A DNA stretch of 64,000 bases, from NCBI RefSeq assembly GCF_006345805.1, contig NC_043000.1:112778001-112842000 (forward strand), written 5' to 3'. The position numbers and the translations under genes were made by a program. The notes beneath the pieces were generated by a model. It made no database searches and had not been told where the DNA came from. It saw only the letters and a list, made by a program, of their open reading frames with translations. Below, one piece after another: positions 50,257 through 63,455 of the stretch (the first letter of the stretch is position 1; every line of letters begins with the position of its first letter). This stretch comes from Octopus sinensis (taxonomy: Eukaryota).

Positions 50257-50790
50257 GAATAGAGTGCCCATGAGAACTGATACAAAAGGTTTGCCGCCTT
50301 AGCACGGCTATAATAATCAGAAAAATATTAGATAGCTGAAAAATGTATAGCATAGTACCGTAGGCTGCAGGTAGCAAGACCACTACGCATGCATGATTCC
50401 AGGAATACTAACAGAACCTGTAATAAGAAGAAATGATAAATGTGGTGGGGATAAAGAGAGGCAAGACGTGGCATGAGCACAAACCGCAGTGATCGGTGGA
50501 GTTGGAGATTTCGCAATCCAAACACATCAGGTGCTAATGCATAACAGACCGGAACTAGTAGTGGTGGACATGGTGCACTACATGTGGTATATAGTTGATG
50601 TTGCATGACCCTCTGACCAACGAACAGTCGAGAAGGGAGAGAAAAACATAGATAGATACAACCCTCTTAAGTACGAAACAGCCCGGCTATGGAAAATGAA
50701 GAAGGTGAAGATAGTGCCAATTACTGTTGAGTATCAGAAGGCATCAAGGGGGTTATAAAGGAAATTGGAATAGAGTGCCCAGTAGAACTG
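50257..50790 (+). mobile_element. R4/Dong-like REL region in permuted or tandem order
   Basis: 50259-50339 reads IECP*ELIQKVCRLSTAIIIRKILDS*, then 3'UTR and degenerate TAA at ~50420-50440. 50440-50790 reads KTWHEHKPQ..DFAIQTHQVLMHNRPELVVVD..IVDVA..YNPLKYETARLWKMKKVKIVPITV. Confidence 0.8.
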
Positions 50791-50909
50791 TACTTATTTA
50801 ATCGACCTCGAATGGATGAAAGGCAAAGTCGAACTCAGAACGTAACGGCAGACAAAATACGGCTACGCATTTCGCCTGGCGTGCTAACGTTTCTGCCAGC
50901 TCGCCACCT
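50791..50909 (-). mobile_element. SINE family A, head half
   Basis: Reverse-complement match ending tctgccagctcgccacc. Confidence 0.8.
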
Positions 50910-52719
50910 TATAAATTGTTTAGTATATTAATCTGAAAGTCGTTTATTATGTGAATACTCCTGCATTATTCACTGTCTGAAATTGGGTGAGACATCCCCC
51001 AGTGAAATCGCAATGTTATCAAACCAGATATGTCTGATGCACGTTCGAACTGGTGAAGAAGGTACTCACAAAATTTTGTCATGGAGATTATATCTCGCTT
51101 GCAGGCCATACTACGAGTTGAATTAAGAGATTATCTCTCTTACGCTTTTCCAGTAACCGTATATACACCATTTGTCAACAAGCGAAATATATTCCCCGTA
51201 ACAAAACGTAGTGAGTAGCTTGTCCCTCAGTTCGAACCTGCATCAAGCATATTCGGACCGGTTATAACATTACAATTTTACTTGTCACTGCTTAGTGCCC
51301 CCATTTCGTAATCCACCCCCCACGTAAGTCTTGGAACATTTTATTGAGATATCGTACTCATCGTCTATATTTGTCGCTCTTTTTATAGACTCCATTCGCT
51401 CCTCGCCAACGCCAGACTATGGTGTGGTGTTACCGGAAATCCTGGGCACTTTCCTTGCCGCACGCCGTTTGCTTGCCCCCGAGGAAGATTTTTCTTACCA
51501 TTCCTGAAATTGTGACTGATAGTTTTCTGAAAACATTTGCATGGCCCAGCCAGTGTTGTTTTTGCTAGCAATGTATATTCAACCGATTTCTCTCCTTCCC
51601 ACTCTCTTTACATTTTTAGCACGTTAGGGCAGAAATTCCTCAGATTATTTTTACTGCCACATATGTATGTATGTAAGTCTGCTAGCTTGCATGTTGTACG
51701 CGACTAGTTACGTAGATTTTCATTCTTCAACCACAACGGTGTAAAGCTCCGCGAATACAATAACATTTTCGATGGCCATGATGATAAGCCCGTAAATGCG
51801 TCGTTTTTTGTTTTGTCTTTTTTGATCTCACATCCACATTGCAAAAATGATGAGGTGTGTGAAGAGCCATTATCAATGGCAGTGTTTCTCGATGTAAATC
51901 TTGTGTTACATCACCCCACGAGTTGTGACACTACTCTATGGGGATATGTGTGGCAAACTCAGTCTTTCACTTCACGTCGCGCTCAATAATGATGGCCTAC
52001 AATATAATACTATGGATCATCCTCGATTGATAGAGGCCATAATATTTCTACATATCGCCTAATCCTTGTTTCAAATTCGTCTTCGATAGCATACTGAAGG
52101 AATCATCTAAAGGGGTGCACCGATTTCTTAGCTGCCTCTTACCCCATTCTTTCCTTGAGAATTGATCCATATTTCAAATTGCCTTTTTACGCAGAAATCA
52201 TGGCCAGAAGATTTGCTACCGTTTTGCATCCTCTTTATTGTTAATTGTTGTGTTTGAAATTGTAATTATTTTTCTGTGAAGAGCGAATATTTGCTTGTTT
52301 AAGCGTTGGCATTTTTACTGCTTGTCAAAAATCATTTATGTCTTAAAATCGTCTAATTTACTAAACGTTCTCCTGCTCAGACTTTTTTTGTGCTGTTTTC
52401 ATCAAAAGGAAGAAAAGCTCTACATATTTTTTCACAAAACCGCATTGATACTTCCCCCAACTTCCACGAACACGTCTCGTTTCTTTCCTACGATAAGGTA
52501 AAAACAGACAATCAGATGTTACAGAATACTTTTCATTCAACACAGCACCCTACTCTTCTATGGAACTATGTATGAATATGTCCGATCGTCTCTACTCAAG
52601 AGAGAACAAGAAATACAATAAACATTCCATCACCAACAACTACAATGATAAACTTATCAACAAAAGCATCAACGACAATAATGGTGACAATATTATACAA
52701 ATATGAAAGTAGCAAAATG

Positions 52720-52920
52720 CTTAGAGGCATTTCTGAATTCAAATTCCGCCGAGGTCGACTTTGCCTTTCATCCTTTCGGGGTCGATAAATAAAGTAGCAG
52801 TTACGCACTGGGGTCGATGTAATCGACTTAATCCGTTTGTCTGTTCTTGTTTGTCCCCTCTATGTTTAGCCCCTTGTGGTCAATAAAGAACTAAGAAACG
52901 TTAGCACGCCGGGCGAAATA
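52720..52920 (+). mobile_element. SINE family A whose tail is followed by a head fragment
   Basis: Body and tail A, then agaaacgttagcacgccgggcgaaat at ~52895-52920. Confidence 0.8.
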
Positions 52921-53559
52921 CTGTCGTGTTTTGCCACTGAGGTAAGGCGATTTTATTAATAATTCTGAAGTCTGCCAACGCAACAGTGATGTAATGCTCT
53001 GGATATCAGTTTTTTGGGACTAACCGTTGTTGTTGCTTCTTTTCTTTATCTCCGATTCCACACGAAAGAAAACCTACAAATAGTATTTAGTGTCACACGT
53101 ATAATAGTTAGGGTCTCTATACCGGGTTTTATCGAGTGTCACAATAACCAATATCTTGGTGCACCAGATATGGGTCAGATGTTCTCAACTCTTTCCTTTG
53201 CCTTATCCTTTTGAGGAGCTGAGTCATACTTCTATATGCGTATGCCGAACCCGAATCCATACAGGAAACGTGGTTCATTATATCTTAAAATCTTCTGCAA
53301 CTGGTTTTTTCTTGACATTTGGAAGCTCCCTCACTCATTCACGAAACTGCGGCAAGATAACTTTCTGAACCTGGATAAACTTCTCAGACAAGAATGGCAG
53401 TGACACAACTGGAGGATCAAGGTAATTGGTAATAAATACGGCATTGTTCTTTCGTTTCTTTTTCTTTTCATCTCACGTTGTAATCACTGATATGGGGACA
53501 TCTGATGAGCGCATGAAACACCAACAAATTTTTTAAACGGAGCCTACCAAAATCCCCAG

Positions 53560-53790
53560 GTCCATCGATGAAGGATGCACTACGTTTTTGACATAGCCCT
53601 GCCATGTTTTTTTCCTCGGGCAGTGATCGATAGTATGCACTCCTTTCTGGCTCATAATGTTTTCAGAGCGGATGTTGTTGCTTTTGTTATTAAATCTATC
53701 GCTATTTTTCGTTTCTACTTGTCAAAGTGTTCGTAGCTATTTCGCTTTGTTTGATTGTCATCCATTTTCCCTGCTATATTTTACAATTTA
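53560..53790 (-). pseudogene. Possible decayed Tc1-like transposase N-terminus
   Basis: Minus frame MDDNQTKRNSYEHFDK*KRKIAIDLITK...SITARGKKHGRAMSK loosely resembles a paired-type HTH start; no catalytic domain or TIR found. Confidence 0.25.
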
Positions 53791-54748
53791 CGTGTTTCTA
53801 TACAATCTTACATTGAAGGCGTAACCATTGATATCACGTTTGTGTGTAGCATTTCTTCCGCTCTGTGATAGAGAGCCATATTGACTATGGAATAAACAAT
53901 GTTTGTAAAATATATTAAGTGTCTACAGAAAACGAAATTTTTTAGACAAGCTAACGGAGTGGACGCTCAAATATCCCAAAGCTATTCGTTGGCAAAATAA
54001 ACCTTTAAAAACATTCTTTTCCATTAAAACGTGGCAAAATCTAATTCTTTCCCGGATCTTTTACAGACGTCCGTTCATAGCAAACAACAATAACAGCAGA
54101 AAGAGCAACAGCAACAACAGCAACAACAATGATAATTGTAATAAGGGAAAATAGTTTTTCAATTTTAATAAAATAATACATACGGAAAATATGCAGAAAA
54201 ATGTGTAAACGAAAGGAAAGAAAATACGAAAAAATAAGTTGGTAACGACATCATCACTAAGAGAGGATTAACAACAGAATAGCATAAACAACTTCAACAA
54301 CAACAAAAAACAGTTTTAAAATATGAGACACAAAACCAGCAATGAGAAAAGAAAAAAAATGTCAAAAATACGTAAAATCTAGTGAAATAATTAAAATAGA
54401 GAAATAAATTAAAAAGAAATTGTCCAAAAATGTATAAATGCAGGAAAAAAACAACACAAATGAAAGATATTAAACAAAATACTATATTTAACGCATTACA
54501 TATGAGAATGGTAAGATAAGGAATAAATTTATAGAGACGAGAGATAAAAATTCCTGGAATATTTTGGTACGGAGACAACAGTATTTTTAACAAAAACAAC
54601 GATGATGGCTGCTACGACTACAACTACTGCTACTGCGAACACGACGATGACAACAACAACAACAACAACAATAATAATAATAATAATAATGATAATAATA
54701 ATAATAATGTTGATAATAATAATAATAATAATAGTAATAATAATAATA

Positions 54749-54783
<35 letters not shown>

Positions 54784-55286
54784 ATGATGATGATGATAAT
54801 GATGATAGTAACGATATTGCATTTATTTTCCAAAAGGTCAACCGAAGATGGTTATAATAAATGCGAAACCAGAAAATAGTTTTTTTTTTATATCATGTGT
54901 GAAAAGACGCACGTGCACACAGACACACACACACACGCACGAAATACATATGTATGTATGTGTGTGTGTGTATATATATATGTATGTATGTGTGTGTGTG
55001 TATATATATATGTATGTATGTGTGTGTGTGTATCTAAATACACGTGTATATATGATGTTGTCATAACATTGCGCAAAATTTGGAGGAACGTAAAATATTT
55101 TCGTGGGAAAACTGGAACTCATAAACGTATAAATAATTGTAAACAAATATTGGGTAAAATAAAGCTCCCTTTCGTGGAAAAATTTAAATGCTACGATTAG
55201 GGTTTGAACACACACCTTCCGTAGACATGACTGGGTTTCTATCATTACAACAAAGAAATTCATTGAATTGATTGTTCAGCCAACAT

Positions 55287-55687
55287 ATTCTTTTCAACTC
55301 TAGGCATAAAGCCCGAAATTTTGGGCGAGGGTTCCAGTCGATTAGATCGACCCCAGTACACAACTGGTGCTTAATTGATCGACCCCGAAAAGATGAAAGG
55401 CAAAGTCGACCTCGGCGGAATTTGAACTCAGAACGTAACAATGGAGGAAATACCTATTTCTTTACTACCCACAAGGGGCTAAACACCGAGGGGACAAACA
55501 AGGACAGACAAACGGATTAAGTCGATTACATCGACACCAGTACGTAACTGGTACTTAGTTTATCGACCCCGAAAGGATGAAAGACAAAGTCGACCTCGGC
55601 GGAATTTGAACTCAGAACATAACGGCAGACGAAATACGGCCACGCATTTCGCCCGGCGTGCTAACGATTCTGCCAGCTCGCCGCCTT
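55287..55687 (-). mobile_element. SINE family A head-to-tail composite
   Basis: A full tail-A copy (~55449-55687) is joined at ggtatttc to a headless tail-B copy (~55287-55448). Confidence 0.85.
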
Positions 55688-55809
55688 ATTCAGCCACCAT
55701 ATTGAACAACCTAGTGGATCGTGGTTTTTATATTTAAAAAAATGGTATTGAACGTGTATTTATCAAAATTTTTATTGACATAGAGACCATCTGTAGACAC
55801 AAAAAGCTG

Positions 55810-55895
<86 letters not shown>

Positions 55896-56325
55896 GTATA
55901 TATATATATATATTATATATATATATTATATATATATCCTTTTATGTCTATATGTCTGCGTGTGTGAGTACACATAAGCGTCGAAGTCAAGTGTTTAATA
56001 AGTTAGGCCTGCAAACATTAAATGATGAATTTGTTTCTACCTCCACTCCACACGCAGTCTGTTAGTCGTGTGTTTTGAACACAAACTCTGAAACGGTTCA
56101 CAAACTTTTTGGACACTGAAAATAATTAGAGTTTCAAATTTCTCACATATTCTGTTACTGTACTTCCAATTGGATTTACGTTAAAATTTGTTATATTTGT
56201 GGGATACACAACCGATATAATGGCTATTTTATTTTAATTCTCATTGTAGTAAATGAGACCAGTTCCATCCCAGAAAATAAGCGTTAATACGTAAATACGA
56301 ACATATATACATACATGTACATATG

Positions 56326-56384
<59 letters not shown>

Positions 56385-56424
56385 CACACATATATATGTA
56401 TCAATATATATGTAATTATATGTA

Positions 56425-56470
<46 letters not shown>

Positions 56471-56504
56471 TATATATGTATCAATATATATGTAATTATA
56501 TGTA

Positions 56505-56540
<36 letters not shown>

Positions 56541-57568
56541 TATGTATACATATACACATTCATTATATGTATGTATTTATGCATACATATTCATGTATGC
56601 ATGCATATATAAGTTCTCTTATTGAGCATTCGCGCTGTTAATTCGTTTGCATAATAAAATAATTCTTTGTATAACTGCGAGATATTTATTTACGCACACT
56701 CTCACACACATCTACGCACAGGCACACACACACACACACACATGCCTAATCTTGGTGTGTATATATATGTACACACATAACTGTATGTGTGTTTACGTAC
56801 GTATGTATGTGTGTAAAGATGTGCAGACGTGTGTGTGTATGAACATATGAACATGAATGCTTGTATGAATGCATAGATACATACATAATTCCACACAAAC
56901 AAAGAATTATTCGACATGCACTCGAATCTGTACGTAATTAGCCGTCTAGATGAAAAAGAAGGCAAAAAAATATACATATAAATATGAGAATAACGGCAAA
57001 ACAAGAGGTAAAACATCTTTCGTAGAAATTTCTTGCGATGTAGACATCTGGAAATCTCTCTTAATGTGGATCTGGACGTAAATCAGTACATTAGCCGACA
57101 GGCATATATCTTAGCAGACGTACATGGCACTCCAATGACGCCATGTTAATGCTGTCTCCCATCACTAAACGAATGGTGACGTCACAGAAAATGGCGGCAC
57201 ACACCTATTTGTCTCCGGTGAAAATCTAATTTTTCATCTTATGTAGTTTAAACATTTCGTGTTCTAAAACATTTTCTAACGACAATTAGCTAAATACTGA
57301 AGATATTGGAACTAATTCTAGTCTCCTTCTTTTGTTTCTACCCTTGCTTTTCTTTTTCGTCTTGAAATTTTATTTATTGATTTATTTATTCTCCTAATTT
57401 GCTACATTTTTTGGAGAGGAGGGGTAAGATGAGTTATATTTTAGGAATTTTTTTCTTGTTATTATTGTTTTTAAATTCTGCCTTCCATTAATCTTTATTC
57501 CACTCAGGCATTTCTGTAAATTTAATTTAAATGGAAATAGATTTGTGTTCCTATATATGTATGTATAT

Positions 57569-57642
<74 letters not shown>

Positions 57643-57643
57643 C

Positions 57644-57694
<51 letters not shown>

Positions 57695-57732
57695 GTATAT
57701 ATATATATGTATATATATGTATATATATATTA

Positions 57733-57764
<32 letters not shown>

Positions 57765-57780
57765 CTATATATATATATAT

Positions 57781-57890
<110 letters not shown>

Positions 57891-58328
57891 TATATATATA
57901 TATATATATCTATATATATATATATATTGGTAGTCCGGTACATATATGTGCCTGTGAACTGCATAATGTGTTTATGAATGTGTGCATTAGTTTTCTTTTT
58001 AAAGAAACGAGACGGTAAAGTTTCCTTTTATAATCTTTAAAAATTTTTATTTGTGATTTTTCCTCAATATTTAACGTTTTTCTTCTTGTAGACGTCTTTA
58101 TTTTTTTCCCTCCTCTCCTCAAAAATGGTAAAAACTTCCGTTAGGTTTAGTTCTAGATTTTGAGAGAGTGTAGCACCGATATCATATGGTGACGAACAAG
58201 GATTCTATGTAAAAATCAGGAAGATGAATTCCTGTTCATTAAATATTGTAGCAGCGTCGAAGAATGTATGAACGAGGAGGCAAGTTTGAGAAGAAACTAG
58301 CTGACCTTGTTAACTGAGCATGCACGTG

Positions 58329-58424
<96 letters not shown>

Positions 58425-58583
58425 TATACATATACATAAATATAGGTAGATATACATATATATAAATCTATTCATACAGTTTCTTATATACATATAGTAA
58501 TATCTATTTTTCAAATCTATGTCTCTTATTCATTCTGTCTATATGTATATCTATGTGTGTGTGTCTACCTATCTGTCTGTCTT

Positions 58584-58632
<49 letters not shown>

Positions 58633-58647
58633 GTATCTCATATATAT

Positions 58648-58694
<47 letters not shown>

Positions 58695-58944
58695 TTCAGC
58701 AAAATTTAGATTCAGATAAATATGGTACTGAAGTTAAAGGCACCAGAATTTGGTATGGTATTATCCATATAAATCAAATGGAGTGATTATAATCAAATAA
58801 GCACCTGCAGATGGAGAAGAAACTTCTACCATGTTTTTAATGATGAAATTAACCTCTCTGTCTATATATCTGCCCTCTTTGTAATGTTGGCAAATGAAAT
58901 AAGTAGAAAAATGTACATTGTGTATTTAATTAAAAAATTCTATA

Positions 58945-59032
58945 TGTGGCTGAAGATTGATCTACATTTTAAAACTTATGTAATACTTACATTGTTTAAT
59001 TAAATGAAGTAGCATGAAACGATTGTACTACA
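58945..59032 (+). ncRNA. Type I hammerhead ribozyme motif (H7)
   Basis: UGUGG-CUGAAGA(58950-56)-UUGAUCUAC...GUAGCAU-GAAA(59016-19)-C-GAUU-GUA(59025-27)/CUACA. Stem I has 5 bp (one G.U); stem II has U.U at its base and a 2-nt bulge. Confidence 0.7.
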
Positions 59033-59064
59033 CTACCTTGGATAACCTTGTTGCTTATTTTGAG

Positions 59065-59102
<38 letters not shown>

Positions 59103-59342
59103 CTCTGATATATATCTGTGCACATCATTCAATGTTGTGTCTGTCACAAGGTCTACAAATCTAACGGAGGCTTCAAAAGAAATTTTAAGATCCACAAAGA
59201 TGAGAACTTAACTGCAGCTCCTGGTGGTCCAAATCGTATATACAATCTATGCGGGTGCCTTTTCAATACATTGCCTGGTTTAAAAAGCCACATCAGACGC
59301 CTTGATACATCCATGGTGTAAGTACTAGTAATCACCATATAT

Positions 59343-59375
<33 letters not shown>

Positions 59376-59502
59376 TATATTATATATATATATAAATTGG
59401 TAAGAGAACAAACGTCAAATTCGAGTCAACGACTTTATGAATAAGACCACGCCTCCATACATTTGATGATATATAAATATTACCATTGCATTTCAGCATA
59501 TA

Positions 59503-59760
59503 AGGAATACTCTTTTACATTACTCTTTACTCGTTTACTCTTTTACTTGTTTCAGTCATTTGACTACGGCCATACAGGAGCACCGTCTTTTAGTCGAGCA
59601 AATCGACCCCAGGACTTATTCTTTGTTAGTTTAGTACTTATCCTATCGATCTCTTTTTGCCGAACCGCTAAGTTACGGGGTCGTTAACACACCACTATCG
59701 GTTGTCAAGCGATGTTGGGGGGACAAACACAGACACACAAACATATACGCACACATACAT
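59503..59760 (-). mobile_element. SINE family B, 3' half
   Basis: Reverse complement of the family B tail and body up to the internal microsatellite. Confidence 0.85.
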
Positions 59761-59768
59761 ATATATAT

Positions 59769-59846
<78 letters not shown>

Positions 59847-60001
59847 TGGCAGGGCTTACTGCTAGGGAGTCGGCCGTATGCTAGAAATAGACTATCAACG
59901 ATCAAACTATAAGGAAATTCTCTAGAGGAAAAATACAGCGAACACCAGAACCAACTTTGGCGGGCATGACATATGAAAATTTATATTAAAAACAGAATTA
60001 A

Positions 60002-60074
60002 ATGCATACCTCGGTTTCAGCCTTAACAAAAGAATTATTTACGTAATTCAAATGTCCGTGCTTCTTCAGTGCAT
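60002..60074 (-). ncRNA. Type I hammerhead ribozyme (H8)
   Basis: AUGCA-CUGAAGA(60069-63)-AGC-[GACA/UGUU, GAAUUA/UAAUUC]-GCU-GAAA(60018-15)-C-CGAG-GUA(60009-07)/UGCAU; predicted cut between 60007 and 60006. Confidence 0.85.
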
Positions 60075-60540
60075 CCGTTCATTGTGATGTAAACTGAAAA
60101 GCTAACCCCAGCTTTCGTGCCAGTACAGACACGTGTGTAGCTTTACCGATTACACCAGTGATAAAATTTCAAATGTCTTGGTTCTGGCGCGCTAATAAAT
60201 TTCTGAGGCGAAGGGCTGCAGTAAATAATTCACTGCGGTCGGTGCTTTGTACTAGAGAACGTATTTATTTCAATATTTAATAATGAGGGAGATAAATTAA
60301 TATTAATTTTAATATCAATTTAAAACCAGTAGTCCAGCATACAAAAATCTGAGAAATCAGAGAAAATTCTAATATATGTGTATATTGGCAGAGCTTACTG
60401 CTAGTGAGTCGGCCGTGTGCTAGAAATAGACCATCAACGATCAAACTACAAGGAAATTCTCTAGAGGAAAAATACAGCGAACACCGGAACCAACTTTGGC
60501 GGGCATGACATATGAAAATTTATATTAAAAACAGAATTAA

Positions 60541-60613
60541 ATGCATACCTCGGTTTCAGCCTTAACAAAAGAATTATTTACGTAATTCAAATGTCCGTCC
60601 TTCTTCAGTGCAT
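60541..60613 (-). ncRNA. Type I hammerhead ribozyme (H9), second repeat copy
   Basis: Same as H8 except C10.3 is G (G.G mismatch at the third stem II pair); predicted cut between 60546 and 60545. Confidence 0.8.
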
Positions 60614-60712
60614 CCGTTCATTGTGATGTAAACTGAAAAGCTAACCCCAGCTTTCGTGCCATATGTATCTATATACATATAGTTATTGTCATCATATATA
60701 TATATATATGTA

Positions 60713-61932
60713 TGTTGTTACCATTTTTTACACCACTGCGAAAAGATCTCAGAATTTTAATTGATTTGCTTTTCGCAGGATGGAAAGTTTTCTTGTCGAA
60801 GATACGTCTCGCTTTTATCCTTCGAAACGTAGAGTAGATGAAACCTTTAGCGACTGAAGAAGGGGTTTGTTCTTTGTGTTAATTGTCCTGTACTCTATCT
60901 TTTTGCTGTTTTTAAAAAATGTCCCGTTGGTTTGTGTCTATGTTTTCGTTTCTCATTGTGTTCGACGTCCTTTTGGTGTCCTGTATATGTACATGTGAAG
61001 GTAGGTACGTACATATATGTTTATATATATGCATATGTTTTATTTTAATTATTAATATATTATATGACAACGCACGCACCCTCTTAAGTAAGATTGTTCT
61101 TTATATCAAGTTTTTGTTCTTGATATTAACTTTGACGCGCACTCTTAACATTTCTGTCCCATCCCTTTCTCAGCCTTCATTCTTTGATTTCCTTTTCCTC
61201 TACTTAACTTGTCTCTTCCTCTCTCTCATTCTTCACTTTCTCTCTCCCCCTCTCCATTCTTCTTGGTTTCCTCGCAGCCATTCCCCTTCTTCTCTCCCTT
61301 TCTCTTGCTCCTCCTCTCCCCTTCCCGTCGTTCACCCCCGACGTGACTTCCGCCTTCCCGTCGTTCACCCGTGACGTCACTTCCGCTGCTGTCTCTCTCC
61401 CTTGGCTCTCTCAAGGTAATGGACGACATTCTTTTTGCTCCGCTCGTCGTCCATAAAAAATTCTGCGTTTGCAATACTTTTTTTCGTTCGGCGTTAACAG
61501 CCCTTCTTATCTTGTTTTTCCTTGTCCTGTCGTTTACTGTTTACAATTTGTACTGTCGTTACTGTCCTGTTGTTACCATTTTTACCCCACTGCGAAAAGA
61601 TCTCAGAATTTTAATTGATTTGCTTTTCGCAGGAAGGAAAGTTTTCTTGTCGAAGATACGTCTCGCTTTTATCCTTCGAAACGTAGAGTAGATGAAACCT
61701 TTAGCGACTGAAGAAGGGGTTTGTTCTTTGTGTTAATTGTCCTGTACTCTATCTTTTTGCTGTTTTTAAAAAAATGTCCACTTGGTTTGTGTCTATGTTT
61801 TCGTTTCTCATTGTGTTCGACGTCCTTTTGGTGTCCTGTACTCATATATGCGTGTATATGTACATGTGGAGGTAGGTACGTACATATATGTTTATATATA
61901 TGCATATGTTTTATTTTAATTATTAATATATA
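60713..61932 (+). mobile_element. Composite element: two ~350-bp direct repeats (60713-61060, 61568-61932) around a ~500-bp core
   Basis: Near-identical repeats at offset 854, with one 16-bp indel; the same repeat occurs alone at 15905-16270. Confidence 0.75.
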
Positions 61933-61944
61933 TATATACATATA

Positions 61945-62106
61945 TACGACGGGCTTCTTTCAGTTTCCGTCCACCAAATCCAAATCCATTCACAAGGCTT
62001 CGGTCGGCCCGAGGCTGTAGTAGAAGACACCTGCCCGAGGTTCCACGCAGTGGGACTGAACTAGTAACCATGTGGTTGGTAAGCAAGCTACTTACCACAT
62101 AGCCAC
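61945..62106 (-). mobile_element. SINE family B, head half
   Basis: Matches 24630-24785. Confidence 0.85.
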
Positions 62107-62160
62107 TTTATATAAAGAGAGTGAGACAAATGTACAATTCACATTATTCTTTATTCAAAA

Positions 62161-62235
62161 CACTACAATTGTTTCGACACATTTGTACATCTTTAGCGCA
62201 ATTATTAGTTTACATCGATTGCACCTCCTCAGGTG
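62161..62235 (-). ncRNA. Type I hammerhead ribozyme motif (H10)
   Basis: CAC-CUGAGGA(62232-26)-GGUGCA...UGUGUC-GAAA(62175-72)-C-AAUU-GUA/GUG. Stem II has 6 pairs (3 G.U); stem I has only 3 firm bp. Confidence 0.65.
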
Positions 62236-62911
62236 GTCGTCAAAATAGCTTCTTCGGCAGATCCTCTCGCCATTTCACTCGATTTGATAACGAATACCTG
62301 GACATATTTACATACAAATATACCTGTGTGTGTGTATGTGTGTGTGCATATGTGTGTGTGTGTGTGTGTGTATCAATATTTACAGCTAGGTTAACTGAGT
62401 TTAGTAGATATCTGTCCCCATTAGAGCATCTATGTATTGTTAGAAACTCAGAGTATTATAGATATGTATTACCGTGCACAATACATATTTTACAGGCAGG
62501 GAAATGATTTGTGCTGCAGACCACCCCTTCTCGGGTTACATATTTGCAGCTGGCATAATAAATATTTAATGTGTGTTAAGTGGTAAAATGTAATATTTCA
62601 AGAGAAACTGTTCATAGCCAGAAATCCATTAGGAAAGTCAGGTTGTTGCCTGCAGGCGTTTAATTATTGTAATGTGAGAGAATTGATGCGTCGTGGAGAT
62701 GTGATCAACGAATAAAAGTTGACAGCCAAATATGGACGGAATCACTGCTACAACATCAACAATAAAAACGACGACATCGACAAGAGTAAAGCTATGAACA
62801 ATAACAATTACAAGAACATCGAAGATTTCAACTTCTACAACAATTACAACGAAAACTGGATAAGAAGCGGGGAAACGAAAGAAACACCGCGTTACAGCAG
62901 GAAGCACACTG

Positions 62912-62942
<31 letters not shown>

Positions 62943-63384
62943 CGGTGGAAGCAACAACACTAATAGTTATTACAGATACAACACCAGCAACAAGAACAAC
63001 AACTATAGCGGTGTCAGCAACGTTAATAACAACAACATTAACACCAAGAATAACAACAACAACATCAACAACAAAAAAAAACAAAAGTACGTTAAGTCAT
63101 AACTGATATGTGAACAACATCAACTCTGACAACTTCTGCTATAATAATAACAACAATAATGATGACAATAACTATTGCTGCAACATCAACAATAACAAGA
63201 ACAACTTATAAAATAACATCATCTACAATTATGGAATTCATTATTGCTATAATTCCAACAATATCATCAGTGTTCAATTGGTACTTAATTTATCGACCCC
63301 GAAAGGGTGGAAAGCAAAGTTAATCTTGGCGAAATTTCAATAATAATAATATCATTAATAATAATAATTATTATTATAATAATG

Positions 63385-63445
<61 letters not shown>

Positions 63446-63455
63446 TAATAATAAA

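Larger units (their letters stand above)
59841..60661 (-). mobile_element. Retrozyme-like / non-autonomous Penelope-like element: 282-bp direct repeats around a 257-bp core
   Basis: 59841-60122 and 60380-60661 are near-identical at a constant offset of 539; each carries a hammerhead; no ORF. Confidence 0.8.

Noticed and set aside
51380-52250. Unique region with a good acceptor at ~51388 and short open frames
   Set aside because: All frames close quickly and no protein family is recognisable.
62719-63102. 127-aa Asn-rich ORF
   Set aside because: TTG start in a degenerate (AAC)n field; its openness is explained by composition.
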